From positions 1 to 58,918 of the forward strand of contig PKTW01000020.1 of assembly GCA_002868955.1 (NCBI GenBank): a stretch of 58,918 nt of DNA. The letters run 5' to 3'. Below are positions 28,895 through 40,494 of the stretch, one piece after another (the first letter of the stretch is position 1; the number at the start of each line of letters is the position of its first letter). The notes under the pieces are model-generated. The model ran no database searches. It had not been told where the DNA came from and saw only the letters and a program-made list of their open reading frames with translations. The translations under genes were made by a program, and so were the position numbers. Source of the DNA: Desulfobulbaceae bacterium. Lineage in GTDB: Bacteria > Desulfobacterota > Desulfobulbia > Desulfobulbales > BM004.

Positions 28895-30661
28895 TTAGCA
28901 GACTCCGCAACGTTTACACCGGGATGTATCGCAGGGGATGGTTGTTTTTTCACTTAAAGCTTTCTGGTATTCAGACCAGAGATATTTACGCTCAATACCG
29001 TGATCAATTATTTCCCAGGGAAAAGGCTCAGTTACGCCTCTCTGGCGCAGAGTGTAATAATCCGGATTGATATTTTCATTAATAATAGCCTGTTTCCAGG
29101 TGCAATTATTGCGCAGCATCGCCAATAAGGCAAGACCGACCCTACGGTCTCCCATGGAGAGAACAGCCTGGAAAAAAGCCTTTTCAGGACTTTCGGTCTT
29201 GATGCGAATGTTTGGTTCAGCGGTAATTTTTTTACGTAGAAATTTCAGTTTCTGTTTCAAAAGAGCAACTTTTTCCATGGGATGAAATTGAAATGGTGTC
29301 CAAGGCTTTGGAATAAAACAGTTTATGCTCAGCGTTAAGGTGCTGAGCCTGCCCCTGGAGCGCCCGACAGTCAAGATTTTTTTCTTCACCTTCAAGATAA
29401 GGTCTACCATTTCATTGAGGTCTGCTTGTGATTCGGTTGGCAGGCCTATCATAAAATAGAGTTTCAGGTTCTGTATTCCTTTTTTTACAAGTAATTCAGC
29501 AGCAGTGAGTACATCGTTTTCTGTTATACCCTTATTGATAACCAGCCGCAAGCGCTCAGAACCCCCATCAGGAGCAATAGCGGCACTTTTTAGTTTACTG
29601 CTGCCCAGCAGTTCCAGGAGAGAAGAATTAATGATATCTGCCCGCAAAGAAGAAAAAGACAGGGCGCATGACTGTTTGGAAAGATAGTCAGCTATCAGGT
29701 TGACATCTTCCGCGCGGGCCATTTCCATGCCAAGAAGCCCAACCCTTTCAGTGTTGTCAGGCCTTGCATCAATAGCATTAATTATTGTTTGAGCGCTCCA
29801 TAGCCGTGGCGGTCGATAGATAAAACCAGCTGCACAAAACCTGCAGCCGCGACTACACCCCCGTCCCAGTTCTGTCATATAGAGATCGGAAAATTCCGCC
29901 TGTGGGGAGAGAATCTGGGAATGGGCCGCAACAGACCCGCATGAATCCATAATTACTTTTTTAATTCGCGGAGGAAGTGTTGCATGTTCTTTTTTGGGAG
30001 TGTTGGAAAGGAGAGCGCCATCAGGGGCATACACAACCTCATAGAGACCGGGAGCATAACATCCGGGGAGCTTTGTCCCAATTTCCTCCAGAAGTTTCAC
30101 TTTGCTTTTTCTGTTTATTCCCGGCAACAAAAGCTCCATGGCAGAGTCCAGGATCGGTTCCGCTTCACCGATAATGAAAAGATCGACAAAAGGGGCCAGT
30201 GGTTCTGGATTCATGAATGTGGCAACGCCACCGGCAACAACCAGGGGTTGTCCGCCTGCAGCCATAGCAGAGACAACCTGGCTTTTTTCAGTTCTTTCGC
30301 ATGCCAGTGACGGGATGCCTGACATCTCCAGCAGCATGAGCATGTACTGATAATCTTGTTCGAAACTGACGGAGAAAAAAAGTAGAGGGAAATCGGCAAG
30401 CGGCCTGCCTGATTCGATGGATACAGGTTTTATTCCTGAATCCGGAAGAAAAACCCTTTCAGCTACAATGGCATCATCACGGTTCAGCAGCTGGTAGACA
30501 AGCTGTAACCCGAGATTGGACATTCCGAGTGCATACTTGTTTGGGAATATGAGAGCGATTGGGACCCGGTTTTTCCACTTTTTCTTAATACTCCCCTTTT
30601 CATGGAATAACTGTTCCCTGTTGCCGTCAACTCCAGCAGTCAATCTTGATTTTCGCCCCAT
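28895..30661 (-). CDS. B12-binding-domain radical SAM protein (TIGR03960-like)
   Basis: N-terminal B12-like region (ALIFPNKYALGMSNLGLQLVYQLLN) and the radical SAM cluster motif CSRGCRFCAAG. Length is 588 aa. Its stop codon abuts the ATG of the downstream kinase. Confidence 0.85.
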   Translation of the reverse strand: MGRKSRLTAGVDGNREQLFHEKGSIKKKWKNRVPIALIFPNKYALGMSNLGLQLVYQLLNRDDAIVAERVFLPDSGIKPVSIESGRPLADFPLLFFSVSFEQDYQYMLMLLEMSGIPSLACERTEKSQVVSAMAAGGQPLVVAGGVATFMNPEPLAPFVDLFIIGEAEPILDSAMELLLPGINRKSKVKLLEEIGTKLPGCYAPGLYEVVYAPDGALLSNTPKKEHATLPPRIKKVIMDSCGSVAAHSQILSPQAEFSDLYMTELGRGCSRGCRFCAAGFIYRPPRLWSAQTIINAIDARPDNTERVGLLGMEMARAEDVNLIADYLSKQSCALSFSSLRADIINSSLLELLGSSKLKSAAIAPDGGSERLRLVINKGITENDVLTAAELLVKKGIQNLKLYFMIGLPTESQADLNEMVDLILKVKKKILTVGRSRGRLSTLTLSINCFIPKPWTPFQFHPMEKVALLKQKLKFLRKKITAEPNIRIKTESPEKAFFQAVLSMGDRRVGLALLAMLRNNCTWKQAIINENINPDYYTLRQRGVTEPFPWEIIDHGIERKYLWSEYQKALSEKTTIPCDTSRCKRCGVC

Positions 30662-30996
30662 AAATTACTAACATCAGCTGTCAGAAAGGAAGAGTCTATT
30701 GCAGCAGGTTTAATTGATTCAAGCATAATAAGTCTCAGTCGGCAAAAGGGCCTCCAAAAAACAAAAAGTTACAGAAGGGAAACCAGTTCGCCGCACATTT
30801 TTTTGCAAGAGATGATAAATTGTCAAGATGGATATTCACGATTCAAATAATACGCACCTTGCACAGGTGCTCGAAATATTAAGAAACAGAGAAGGGATAT
30901 AATGTTAAACAATCCGCGCACAACAAATATGAAAGTATAGTAACCATTCTGGGGGAGAAGGCAATATAATCTCAAATCCTTCTGTTAGCCTCTGCA

Positions 30997-32196
30997 TCAA
31001 TCTGCAGCCTGACGTAAATATGTAGGTGTTTCCAGTTCTGCCTCGTCCAGAGTATTGGGAAAGGGCAATGACTGTTTCCTGACAAGTCCCGGATTACGGC
31101 GGTTAAAGATTTTGTTCGACCTGCTGAAGTTGTTGCCGGAAGAAATTTCAGGATTATTTCTGGCCTCAAGGTTTCTTTCCCGAGATTGGTCTTTATTGGC
31201 AACGGCTTGAATAGGCCTCTTGATAGTTTCAGCCTCTTCCATACCGTTTACGCCGGTGGCGATAACCGTAACCCGTATCTCGTCATTGAGGCTGTCGTCA
31301 AAAAGCGCCCCAACAATGATATTTGCATCTTCGTGAGCCTTCTGGGATATGAGGTTTGATGCTTCCATGAACTCATTCATTGTCAGAGAGTCTTCTGAAG
31401 CTGAAATGTTGATAAGCACACCTCTAGCGCCGTTAATTCCCACATCCTGCAACAAAGGATTGTCAATTGCGCGTTTCGCAGCTTCTATGGCACGATTCTC
31501 ACCTACACCCACACCTGCTCCCATGAGTGCCGGTCCTACTTCTTGCATGACTGCTTTGAGATCGGCGAAGTCGACATTCATATGGCCGGGAAGGTTTATA
31601 AGGTCAGTAATTCCTTTTACGGCCTGCAACAGGACCTCATCAGCCTTTTTCATCATGTCCATGAGCTTGCTGCCTTTCTGCATGATGGTCAGAAGACGGT
31701 CATTGGGGATTGTGATAATAGTGTCCACATGTTTCTTTAATTCCTTCCAGCCTTCTTCAGCTTTTTTCATCCTGGTCTTTGCTTCAAAAAAGAAAGGCTT
31801 GGTTACAACAGCAACTGTAAGTGCCCCCATCTCCTTACTGAGTTTGGCAATCACGGGTGCACCACCGGTTCCTGTGCCACCCCCGAGGCCGGCTGTAATA
31901 AAAACCATGTCAGAGCCTTTGAGTACCGCCCGAATCTCTTCCAGACTCTCAAAGGCGGCCTCTTTACCCCGTTCAGGGTCAGCTCCGGCCCCAAGCCCTT
32001 TTGTTATACCGGGGCCCAGTTGCAGGCACACATCAGCTCTGGAATTTTCCAGGGCTTGCATGTCAGTGTTGGCGGCAATGAATTCAATCCCCCGGAGATT
32101 GTTTTCGACCATTGTATTGACAGCGTTTCCTCCACCACCACCGATGCCAATAACCCTGATCCGGGCCAATGTTTCTTCTGCAATTCGAAATTCCAT
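30997..32196 (-). CDS. ftsZ: Cell division protein FtsZ
   Basis: Tubulin signature GIGGGGGNAVN...GGGTGTG and the C-terminal peptide ETPTYLRQ. Confidence 0.97.
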   Translation of the reverse strand: MEFRIAEETLARIRVIGIGGGGGNAVNTMVENNLRGIEFIAANTDMQALENSRADVCLQLGPGITKGLGAGADPERGKEAAFESLEEIRAVLKGSDMVFITAGLGGGTGTGGAPVIAKLSKEMGALTVAVVTKPFFFEAKTRMKKAEEGWKELKKHVDTIITIPNDRLLTIMQKGSKLMDMMKKADEVLLQAVKGITDLINLPGHMNVDFADLKAVMQEVGPALMGAGVGVGENRAIEAAKRAIDNPLLQDVGINGARGVLINISASEDSLTMNEFMEASNLISQKAHEDANIIVGALFDDSLNDEIRVTVIATGVNGMEEAETIKRPIQAVANKDQSRERNLEARNNPEISSGNNFSRSNKIFNRRNPGLVRKQSLPFPNTLDEAELETPTYLRQAAD

Positions 32197-32297
32197 CTTC
32201 TTTCCCCCTTCTTTCTGTTCGTTTTGACTATTTGAATCGTAAAGTAGAACGGTTTATTCTTTATATGATTGTCACATGCTATTTTATGTTTTGCCGG

Positions 32298-33539
32298 CTA
32301 CAGATTGTTGCTGAACCAGCCTTTTACCCAACCGACTACACCTCCTATGGCCTTTTTGCCCGGGACCCGCCATTTCTTTCCGGATGCATGCCTGCTTGCA
32401 TAAAAAACAAGCCCTACACCTGTTGCATGCTGAGGAGAGTTAATAGTTTCCGGTGCCTCATTGATATGGCGGGGATATCCAATTCTTACAGGCAGATCAA
32501 AAATCTGCTCTGCCAGATCGACAATATGCTCAAGAAGGGCTGTGCCGCCGCATATGACAACTCCGGCATTTAATCTGTCCTTGTATGTAGAGTCGATCAT
32601 TTCCTGGTTGAGGATTATCAGCATTTCCTCAATTCTCGGTTCCAGGATTTCGCCCATGATCCGCTGTTTGACTTTTCGGGGTTTTCTGTCCCCCACAGTA
32701 GGGACTTCTATACTATTGTCGCCATTTATCATGGCGGTCAGGGCAGAACCGTAAAGATTCTTTAAGCGTTCAGCCTCTTGAAATGGGGTGCGCAGACCAA
32801 CAGACAGATCGTTGGTCAGGTTATTGCCACCCAGTCCGAGTTCATAGGTATGCTTGATTGTGCCGCCGGAAAAGATGGCCAGATCAGACGTGCCTCCACC
32901 TATGTCAAGCAGTCCGACACCCAGGTCCATTTCTTCGCGGGATAGCACAGCATTTGCTGAGGCCAAGGATTCAAGAACAATATCAGCAACCTCAAGGCCT
33001 GCCCTGTTGCAACACATTACAAGGTTATGGATTGAGGTTGTATCGCCAGTTACAATGTGGACATTTGTCACCAGCCTGACCCCGGTCATTCCTAAGGGAT
33101 CCTGAATGCCGGTGTGGTCATCAACCATGAATTCCTGGGGAAGAACATGGATAATTTGTTGATTCTGCGAAAGGTTAACTGCCCTTGCAGCATCAATAAC
33201 GCGGTTGATGTCATCCTGCCGGATTTCCCGGTTTTTGATACCGACGATGCCCGGGCTGTTGAAACCTTTAATATGGCTGCCGGCGATACCTACACATACG
33301 GTGTTGATTTCGCAACCTGCCATTTCCTCAGCCTGTTCGACCGCCATACGGATCGAATGCACCGTGCTTTCGATGTTAACGACCACGCCCTTTTTCAAAC
33401 CTATTGAAGGATGGGTGCCTATACCGATAATATCAATTTTCTCCTCGAAAGCTTCGCCGATAACAGCACAGATTTTTGTGGTGCCGACATCAAGCCCGAC
33501 GATCAATTCGCCCCGTAGCTTTTTTTCCATTTCTTTCAT
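32298..33539 (-). CDS. ftsA: Cell division protein FtsA
   Basis: Actin-fold motifs (VGLDVGTTKICAV, DIGGGTSD). Its position between ftsQ and ftsZ also supports the call. Confidence 0.96.
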   Translation of the reverse strand: MKEMEKKLRGELIVGLDVGTTKICAVIGEAFEEKIDIIGIGTHPSIGLKKGVVVNIESTVHSIRMAVEQAEEMAGCEINTVCVGIAGSHIKGFNSPGIVGIKNREIRQDDINRVIDAARAVNLSQNQQIIHVLPQEFMVDDHTGIQDPLGMTGVRLVTNVHIVTGDTTSIHNLVMCCNRAGLEVADIVLESLASANAVLSREEMDLGVGLLDIGGGTSDLAIFSGGTIKHTYELGLGGNNLTNDLSVGLRTPFQEAERLKNLYGSALTAMINGDNSIEVPTVGDRKPRKVKQRIMGEILEPRIEEMLIILNQEMIDSTYKDRLNAGVVICGGTALLEHIVDLAEQIFDLPVRIGYPRHINEAPETINSPQHATGVGLVFYASRHASGKKWRVPGKKAIGGVVGWVKGWFSNNL

Positions 33540-34390
33540 CCCCGATGTATCCTGCCGGTTTCAATTTTACCGACCAGAATAGTATCCTTCTGATAATCTA
33601 AGCGGATATATAAAACTTCAGCAAATTCCCGCGTTTTATAGAGGTCTTTCAAAACTTTTACCAGCCGGTAATAACGTGTTGAAATTTTTCCTTCAGTCCC
33701 CAGATATATAGGGAATGGTCTGTCAAGCAGATAAAGAATAAGCTCACCTTGTTCTGTGATATGAATATCCGAGATATTTTGCTGGGGCAGTATCGGGTTA
33801 TTTCTATTGGCTAACTTCAGTAATTCAAAAACATCCTGGAGTGGTTTAGAAACATGTGCTGAGTCTTTCGTGTCAAAACTATAATTTTCAAGCCCGGTGA
33901 TAACTGGAAAGTCAAGTTCCTGTGAAGGGTTTGCCGCTGCAATAATCTGACCGTTGTCGTCGAGGTAAAACAGTCCCGTATCCCTGTTCAACAAGGCCAC
34001 AGGATTTTTTTCCTTCAAGTTGATCAACAACCTGTTTGGCCAGTCACGGATGACATCTGCCTTGGCAATCCATGGATGGCTTTCGAGTAATTCCTGCACC
34101 TGGACCACATTGATAGCCAGAAGATTGGAATGGATATCAACTCTGCTTAAGGCGGCAATCTGCTCCTTGCTTGTCATGCGGTTGTTATTGATCCGGACAG
34201 ATGTTATTTGGAAGAAATCACACTGGCACAGCCTGTGATATATATGCTTGACCCCGAATCCAAGACCCAGGAGAAGAATCAGAAGCCCCATAATCTTGAT
34301 AAGCAGTTTTGACTGCTTTAAGGCATGTTTGGGGCCTTTGGGGTTTTTGATTGATTTGATCTCTATGCTTGCAGCATGTGGCATATTCAT
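33536..34390 (-). CDS. ftsQ: Cell division protein FtsQ (POTRA domain)
   Basis: A single TM helix followed by a POTRA/FtsQ-type domain. It overlaps the ftsA start by 4 nt. Confidence 0.85.
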   Translation of the reverse strand: MNMPHAASIEIKSIKNPKGPKHALKQSKLLIKIMGLLILLLGLGFGVKHIYHRLCQCDFFQITSVRINNNRMTSKEQIAALSRVDIHSNLLAINVVQVQELLESHPWIAKADVIRDWPNRLLINLKEKNPVALLNRDTGLFYLDDNGQIIAAANPSQELDFPVITGLENYSFDTKDSAHVSKPLQDVFELLKLANRNNPILPQQNISDIHITEQGELILYLLDRPFPIYLGTEGKISTRYYRLVKVLKDLYKTREFAEVLYIRLDYQKDTILVGKIETGRIHRG

Positions 34391-34395
34391 TTGTC

Positions 34396-35349
34396 TTACA
34401 CTCCACCCAAAATATGGACCTCAGGTTCAAGCTTGATGCCAAATCGTTTATAGACTTCCTGTTGCACAGTCTGCATGAGATGCAAGATGTCAGCGGCTGA
34501 AGCCTTGCCGGTATTTACAATGAAATTGGCATGCTTTTCGGAAATTTTTGCACCACCGACTGAAAATCCTTTTAGCCCTGCCTTTTCAATCAAGCGTCCG
34601 GCAGAGTCAGCCGGTGGATTTTTAAAGAAAGAACCGGCACTCGGTTCTGCAACAGGTTGATTTCTTCGGCGCAGTTCCTGGTATTTTCTGCATGTTGCTT
34701 TAATGACATCTTTACTGCCTGGTGTTAAACTAAACGTTGCCGAGAGCAGAATCATATTGTGTGGCAAGGACCATTTTCTGTAAAAAAATCCTAGATTTCT
34801 TCCTTGTTCAGGAAATATATCGCCATTGCTGTTCATGAGGAGAACCTCATCAACCAGGCTGCCAATTTCGTATCCCCAGGCTCCGGCATTCATGACAATT
34901 GCCCCGCCGATACTTCCCGGGATACCGACTCCAAATTCCAGGCCGGATAAATTCTGCGAAATGCAGTAATTCACAAGCTTGGGAAGCAGGCATCCTGCAC
35001 CGGCGCGGATGAGAACCTTTTCTTTTTTCCGGGTAATGCTCGAATTCATGAGTTTTTCAATAGATCTGAATTCCCCTTCCAGGATAATGACGACCCCCGC
35101 AAGTCCTGTATCAGGGACCAGAATGTTGCTGCCTCTGCCAACAATCCACCAGCCAATTTCATGCTTTTTCAACCAGAGGATCAATTTATTGAGTTCCTGG
35201 TTGTTCGTTACAGAAATAATAGCCTCTGCCGGTCCACCGACTTTGAGAGTAGAGAACTGCGACATGGGACTGTCCCATAAAATTCTACCCTGCCAGAAAC
35301 GATCAAGATCCCTTGCATGTGAATTAAGTCGCGCCATTATTTCAGTCAA
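34396..35349 (-). CDS. murB: UDP-N-acetylenolpyruvoylglucosamine reductase
   Basis: FAD-binding region (TLKVGGPAE...GRGSNILV) and the MurB C-terminal domain. Confidence 0.94.
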   Translation of the reverse strand: MTEIMARLNSHARDLDRFWQGRILWDSPMSQFSTLKVGGPAEAIISVTNNQELNKLILWLKKHEIGWWIVGRGSNILVPDTGLAGVVIILEGEFRSIEKLMNSSITRKKEKVLIRAGAGCLLPKLVNYCISQNLSGLEFGVGIPGSIGGAIVMNAGAWGYEIGSLVDEVLLMNSNGDIFPEQGRNLGFFYRKWSLPHNMILLSATFSLTPGSKDVIKATCRKYQELRRRNQPVAEPSAGSFFKNPPADSAGRLIEKAGLKGFSVGGAKISEKHANFIVNTGKASAADILHLMQTVQQEVYKRFGIKLEPEVHILGGV

Positions 35350-35359
35350 TCAACCTTTT

Positions 35360-36739
35360 TTAGTCCTGCAGCATTTTCAGCAGTTTTTCACCAGCCTGCC
35401 AGATGTTCCCGGCTCCCAATGACAAGACCACGTCACCAGGGGCAAGAATGTCCATGGCCTTGTCTAGGAGCTCGGAAAAACTTGGTTCAAAATAAGCATG
35501 TCTATGACCATGCTTCTTTATGCCATTTAACAGTGCTTCGGCAGTCACACCAGGGATTGGGGATTCGCTGGCACTGTATATTTCGGTTAAAAGAAGGATG
35601 TCAGCCTCATGAAAGGCTGTATAGAATTCTTCTGCCAAGGCCTTTGTTCTTGAATAGCGATGTGGCTGAAACAGAACCACAAGCCTGCGTTCAGGCCACG
35701 CATCACGTAGGGCGGAGAGGGTTGCCCGTATTTCAGTCGGATGATGTCCATAATCATCGACAACCGTAATGTCTCTCCTTTCTCCTTTAACTTGCAACCT
35801 GCGCTGCACCCCCGAAAAACTTTCTAAAGCAGCAGCAATAGTTGCAAACGGGATATCCAACTCCAACCCTACAGTGATGGCGGCTAAGGCATTGAATACA
35901 TTGTGTACTCCGGCCAGGGGAAGATTGACTTCACCAAGGACAACATTTTCTACGCAGACTTCAAACCGGGTGTTAAGCCCGGAAGTGTTAATTCCTTTGG
36001 CATAGACGTTTGCCTGGCTGGTCAGGCCATAGGTCAGGAATCTTTTCTTGACCTCGGGCAGGATAGAGGCAACGTGGGGATCGTCCAGGCAGAGGATGAC
36101 CGCGCCGTAAAAGGGAATTTTGTCGATGAAATCAAGAAATACAGCTTTGATCTGTTCAATTGAACTGTAGTAATCCAGGTGTTCTAGGTCAATGTTGGTA
36201 ACAACCTCAAGGACCGGGGCAAGCTTCAAAAAGGAGCCGTCCGATTCATCCGCCTCGGCAATGAGAAAGTCTCCTTCTCCCAGTTTGGCATTAATTCCCC
36301 CCAGACAGTCGACTTTACCACCGATTACAACGGTTGGATCAAGTCCTGCCTCGGCAAGAACCCAGGCCACCATGGATGTGGTCGTTGTTTTGCCGTGACT
36401 TCCGGCAATGGCGATACCGAACTTGGTGAGTCGCATCAGTTCTGCCAGCATCTCGGCCCTGGGAATGACGGGGATAAGAGAATTCACGGCAGCTTCGACT
36501 TCCGGGTTGTCAGCAGCAATGGCCGAGGAAATGACCACAACATCAGCTCCGTTTATCCAGGCGGCGTCATGGCCGATATGCAAGGTTCCGCCCAGGGCCT
36601 GCAGGCGGCGGGTTATGTCAGACTCCTGCAGGTCTGATCCGCTGATCCTGTAGCCAAGATTCAGCAACAGTTCTGCAATGCCGCTCATGCCGATACCGCC
36701 AATGCCTACGAAGTGTATATGTTTGCTTTTACTGTACAT
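35360..36739 (-). CDS. murC: UDP-N-acetylmuramate--L-alanine ligase
   Basis: [17 protein letters not shown] and the Mur ligase P-loop [11 protein letters not shown]. Confidence 0.96.
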   Translation of the reverse strand: MYSKSKHIHFVGIGGIGMSGIAELLLNLGYRISGSDLQESDITRRLQALGGTLHIGHDAAWINGADVVVISSAIAADNPEVEAAVNSLIPVIPRAEMLAELMRLTKFGIAIAGSHGKTTTTSMVAWVLAEAGLDPTVVIGGKVDCLGGINAKLGEGDFLIAEADESDGSFLKLAPVLEVVTNIDLEHLDYYSSIEQIKAVFLDFIDKIPFYGAVILCLDDPHVASILPEVKKRFLTYGLTSQANVYAKGINTSGLNTRFEVCVENVVLGEVNLPLAGVHNVFNALAAITVGLELDIPFATIAAALESFSGVQRRLQVKGERRDITVVDDYGHHPTEIRATLSALRDAWPERRLVVLFQPHRYSRTKALAEEFYTAFHEADILLLTEIYSASESPIPGVTAEALLNGIKKHGHRHAYFEPSFSELLDKAMDILAPGDVVLSLGAGNIWQAGEKLLKMLQD

Positions 36740-36767
36740 TTTACGTGTTCTTACATTTATGCGTTTA

Positions 36768-37916
36768 TCAGAAGGCTAAAATTTTTCCACTATTCTCTGC
36801 TAATTTGTCTTTCATGAGTTCCATGCATATGCTGACTATCGTTCCTGTGGCTTCTGGTTTAGCAACCTTTCCAGAGTTTATTGACATTTCTGCCAGAAGT
36901 TTTGTGTCAGCCAGAAGTCGTGTTATTTCCATGCCGAGTTTTTTTCCGTCCAGTTCAGCTTGCCTGAACATGCGGGCACCACCTGCTTCGACAAGATAGC
37001 GACCGTTGATCTCCTGGTGATTGTCTGCAGCAAATGGAAACGGCACAAGAATTACAGGCTTGTGGAAAACTGTGAGTTCTGCCAGGGTGGTGGCTCCCGC
37101 TCGTGAGACGACAAGGTCGGCCTGGGAGTAAATCTCTGCCATGTCACTGAAAAATGCTTGCACCCTTGCATTGATCCCGAGTTCAGCATATTTTTGCCGT
37201 ACATGGATTTCGTCATGCTCACCCGTCTGGTGGATAATATTGGGTATCGGTGTACGATCGGCCAAAGAGCTTGCAGCTGCTTCAAGCATAAGGCTGTTCA
37301 AGCGCTGTGCGCCCTGACTGCCACCTAAAATCAAGAGTGTCAAGGGCTCCTGGTATTTTTTCTGGGCCACCTGGTTTGCTGTCTTTACAATTTTGCTGCG
37401 CACCGGATTGCCGCTTAATATGGTTTTTGCGGGTGAAAAATATTTTTCACTTCCAGGCAGAGAAACAAATATCCTGTCAGCTATATGGCCCAGCAGTCTG
37501 TTAGCCAGACCTGGTATGGAATTCTGTTCATGTATGCAGGTCGTGACACCCAGCAGACGGGCTGCGAGAATTACCGGCCCAGTTACATAGCCACCGACAC
37601 CAAAAACAAGATCTGGTCCGAATTTTCGGATAATCCTGACAGCTTCGAAAAGCGCTGCCGGTTGTTGCAGCATGGCCCGTATTTTTGCCGCCGCGTTTTT
37701 GCCTTTTATGCCCTGGCTTTTGATGGTCATGGCAACAAAACCGAGGTCAGCCAGGGCGGTTTTGTCCACCTTTCTTTCTGTACCGATAAAAAGCACCTCG
37801 CAGCCGGGATAGGTCTGCATCATGGCTTGGGCCAGGGAGATACCCGGAAAGAGATGGCCGCCGGTCCCACCGCCGGTTATGATAAGTCGCATGCAGTGTG
37901 CTTTTTCGTCTTTCAT
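36768..37916 (-). CDS. murG: Lipid II synthase MurG (UDP-GlcNAc transferase)
   Basis: [11 protein letters not shown] motif. The true start may be the internal Met (MRLIITGGG). Confidence 0.95.
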   Translation of the reverse strand: MKDEKAHCMRLIITGGGTGGHLFPGISLAQAMMQTYPGCEVLFIGTERKVDKTALADLGFVAMTIKSQGIKGKNAAAKIRAMLQQPAALFEAVRIIRKFGPDLVFGVGGYVTGPVILAARLLGVTTCIHEQNSIPGLANRLLGHIADRIFVSLPGSEKYFSPAKTILSGNPVRSKIVKTANQVAQKKYQEPLTLLILGGSQGAQRLNSLMLEAAASSLADRTPIPNIIHQTGEHDEIHVRQKYAELGINARVQAFFSDMAEIYSQADLVVSRAGATTLAELTVFHKPVILVPFPFAADNHQEINGRYLVEAGGARMFRQAELDGKKLGMEITRLLADTKLLAEMSINSGKVAKPEATGTIVSICMELMKDKLAENSGKILAF

Positions 37917-37917
37917 C

Positions 37918-39375
37918 TTACTGTACTGCTATATTTTGATTGGTACTGGCAGAATTTTTCCGCAGCCCAAGGACAGATTTCCTGAAAACATCGCCGCGTT
38001 CAGCATAACTTGAAAACATGTCAAAGCTCGCGCAGGCAGGCGACAGCAAAACAGCGTCACCAGGCGCAGCAAGACTTGCAGCTCTTAAAACCGCTTCCTG
38101 GAGAGTGTCGAGCATCTCTACATTGGTAAATGCCAGAAAGGCGCGGGCCATTGTGTCTTTTGCTTCACCTATAAGCAGCATATGTTTAACTTTTTGGCGG
38201 ACAGGCTCAACAAGGATTGAGTAATCTCCTCCCTTGTCCCTGCCGCCGGCAACAAGAATAACGGGTTGCTGCAAGGCTTCAAGGGCAGAGTAAACCGCCC
38301 CGACATTTGTAGCCTTTGAGTCATCGATATAGCTGACACCCCCAATCTCAGTCACCAGTGTCATGCGATGCTCAAGGGGTTTGAAGGAGGCAAGACCTTG
38401 TTGAATAGCCTGCTGCGGACAGCCCATAAGGCGGGCACCAAGAATTGCTGCAGCCGCATTTTGCAGGTTGGGGGAATTTTTAAAACCAGTGGCTGACAAT
38501 TCGTAAGACTCGCCATGTATGTTGTTTGGAAGCGTGGACGAACTGCTGTTTTTCAGATGAACAGTACAACCATGAATTGATGCGCCGGCAAGATCAGCGA
38601 GATGTTCGCCGAAAAAGAACCTTTGGCTTGCAGGCCAAAGGCTTCTGCGGTTCATGATCTCAGCGTCGTCAGCATTAAGTATTGCGTAATCATCAGGACC
38701 CTGGGCAGCAAAAATTGTGAATTTGGAATCCACGTATGATGCAAAAGAGGCATATCGTTCCAGGTGATCCGGTGTGATATTCAGCAGGATGGCGGTTTTA
38801 AAAGGCAGGCCTTTCTGGGAGCCGCCGGTATCCAGTTGAAAGCTGCTGACTTCAGCCACGACAATATCAGCATCCTGAGCACCGGAAATATAATCAAAAA
38901 GCGGGGTGCCGATATTGCCGCCGACAAAAACTTTACGGGCAGCAGCCTGGAAAATGTGGCCCAAGAGGGTGGTTACCGTGGTTTTGCCATTGGTACCTGT
39001 TACTGCAATTACAGGAGTCTGCATGAAATATGCCGCGACACCCAGTTCGCCAATGACGGGTATATTGAGGCGTCTGGCTTCATTCAGGGGTTTAATGGTA
39101 AGAGGGATTCCCGGACTGACGAATATAAGGTCAGCTGAGGTGAAAAGGTCAGGAGTATGCCCATCTGTCTCACAGAATATATTATTTCCCGTGAGCCATT
39201 CAATAAGTTCAGGGGATATGGAGCTTTTGCACGAGGATTCAGACACCGAGACTTTGGCACCATGCTGTAGGAAAAACCTGACTGCCGCCTGACCGGTTTT
39301 TCCTAAACCAACGACAACAACATGTTGGCCATGCAGTTCAAAGATGGTTTCCGGTTTTTCAAGTGATTTTGTCAT
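37918..39375 (-). CDS. murD: UDP-N-acetylmuramoylalanine--D-glutamate ligase
   Basis: VVVVGLGKTGQAA Rossmann-like N-terminus and P-loop GTNGKTTV. Confidence 0.95.
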   Translation of the reverse strand: MTKSLEKPETIFELHGQHVVVVGLGKTGQAAVRFFLQHGAKVSVSESSCKSSISPELIEWLTGNNIFCETDGHTPDLFTSADLIFVSPGIPLTIKPLNEARRLNIPVIGELGVAAYFMQTPVIAVTGTNGKTTVTTLLGHIFQAAARKVFVGGNIGTPLFDYISGAQDADIVVAEVSSFQLDTGGSQKGLPFKTAILLNITPDHLERYASFASYVDSKFTIFAAQGPDDYAILNADDAEIMNRRSLWPASQRFFFGEHLADLAGASIHGCTVHLKNSSSSTLPNNIHGESYELSATGFKNSPNLQNAAAAILGARLMGCPQQAIQQGLASFKPLEHRMTLVTEIGGVSYIDDSKATNVGAVYSALEALQQPVILVAGGRDKGGDYSILVEPVRQKVKHMLLIGEAKDTMARAFLAFTNVEMLDTLQEAVLRAASLAAPGDAVLLSPACASFDMFSSYAERGDVFRKSVLGLRKNSASTNQNIAVQ

Positions 39376-39409
39376 GTTAATTACAATTATTGCCGTAAAA
39401 AGTTGAGCT

Positions 39410-40489
39410 TTACCTGAGTTTTAAAGTTGCAAGGGCCAGCAGAGCAAGAATGATGGAAATGATCCAGAAGCGCACCACAACCTTTGGTTCGGCCCAGCCT
39501 TTTTTTTCAAAATGATGGTGAAACGGGGCCATGAGGAATACCCGCTTGCCCCCGGAAATCTTGAAAAAGCCTACCTGGATTATTACAGACAGGGCTTCCA
39601 TAACAAAAATACCACCAACAATTGCCAGCAAAATTTCCTGTTTCGTGATAATTGCAATGGTGCCCAGCGTTCCTCCCATGGCCAGTGAACCCACGTCACC
39701 CATGAACATCTGCGCTGGATAAGCATTGAACCATAGAAAACCAAGGGCACTGCCCACGAGTGCACCGCAATAAACAGCAAGCTCCCCGGAACCCGGCACA
39801 AAAGGTATCTGCAGGTAGTCTGACAAAACTGCATGGCCGGCCAGATAAGAAAACACAAGGTAAACTGAGCCGGTGATTATTATTGGTCCTGCAGCCAGGC
39901 CGTCCAACCCGTCAGTGAGATTTACAGCATTGGAAGATCCGACAATGACGAACATGGCGAAAATGACATAAAACCAGCCAAGGTCCGGTTTGAGAGCTTT
40001 AAAGAAGGGAACACTCAGATGTCCGTCGAAATTAGGGTGACTGTAAAGAATAACACCCAGGAGCAGGGCGCCGACTACCTGCAGGAGTAACTTGCCCCGA
40101 GCACTCAAACCTTTGCTGTTGTTTATGGTTATTTTTCTGAAATCATCAATGGCGCCGATTAAACCAAACCACAGCGTAACCCCTAATATGACCCAGACAT
40201 AACGGTTGCTAAGGTTGGCCCAGAGCAGGGTGGTGTTGATAATGGTAAAAATGAGAAGCATGCCGCCCATGGTCGGAATGCCTTCTTTCTTAAGGTGCGT
40301 TTCGGGGCCGTCGTTTCTGACCACCTGACCAATGTGCAGATTTCTGATAAAGCGAATAAAGGCTGGGGCAACCAGAACAAAGAAAAGAAATGCGGTGACT
40401 GCGGCTCCAATGGTCCGAAACGTGATGTAACGGAAAACATTGAAACCTGCAAATAGGGTGTTTAGTGGGTATAGGAAGTGGTATAGCAT
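39410..40489 (-). CDS. mraY: Phospho-N-acetylmuramoyl-pentapeptide transferase
   Basis: A polytopic membrane protein with [13 protein letters not shown] and [11 protein letters not shown]-type motifs. Confidence 0.96.
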   Translation of the reverse strand: MLYHFLYPLNTLFAGFNVFRYITFRTIGAAVTAFLFFVLVAPAFIRFIRNLHIGQVVRNDGPETHLKKEGIPTMGGMLLIFTIINTTLLWANLSNRYVWVILGVTLWFGLIGAIDDFRKITINNSKGLSARGKLLLQVVGALLLGVILYSHPNFDGHLSVPFFKALKPDLGWFYVIFAMFVIVGSSNAVNLTDGLDGLAAGPIIITGSVYLVFSYLAGHAVLSDYLQIPFVPGSGELAVYCGALVGSALGFLWFNAYPAQMFMGDVGSLAMGGTLGTIAIITKQEILLAIVGGIFVMEALSVIIQVGFFKISGGKRVFLMAPFHHHFEKKGWAEPKVVVRFWIISIILALLALATLKLR

Positions 40490-40494
40490 GAGTT

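Noticed and set aside
31349-32227. A 292-aa plus-strand ORF antisense to ftsZ. Similar long antisense ORFs occur in serA (5787-6320, 6402-6872), rluD (12866-13540), murEF, ftsI and elsewhere.
   Set aside because: Their composition is Ser/Pro/Ala-rich and they lack motifs. They lie fully within strongly supported genes on the other strand, which is the typical shadow-ORF pattern.
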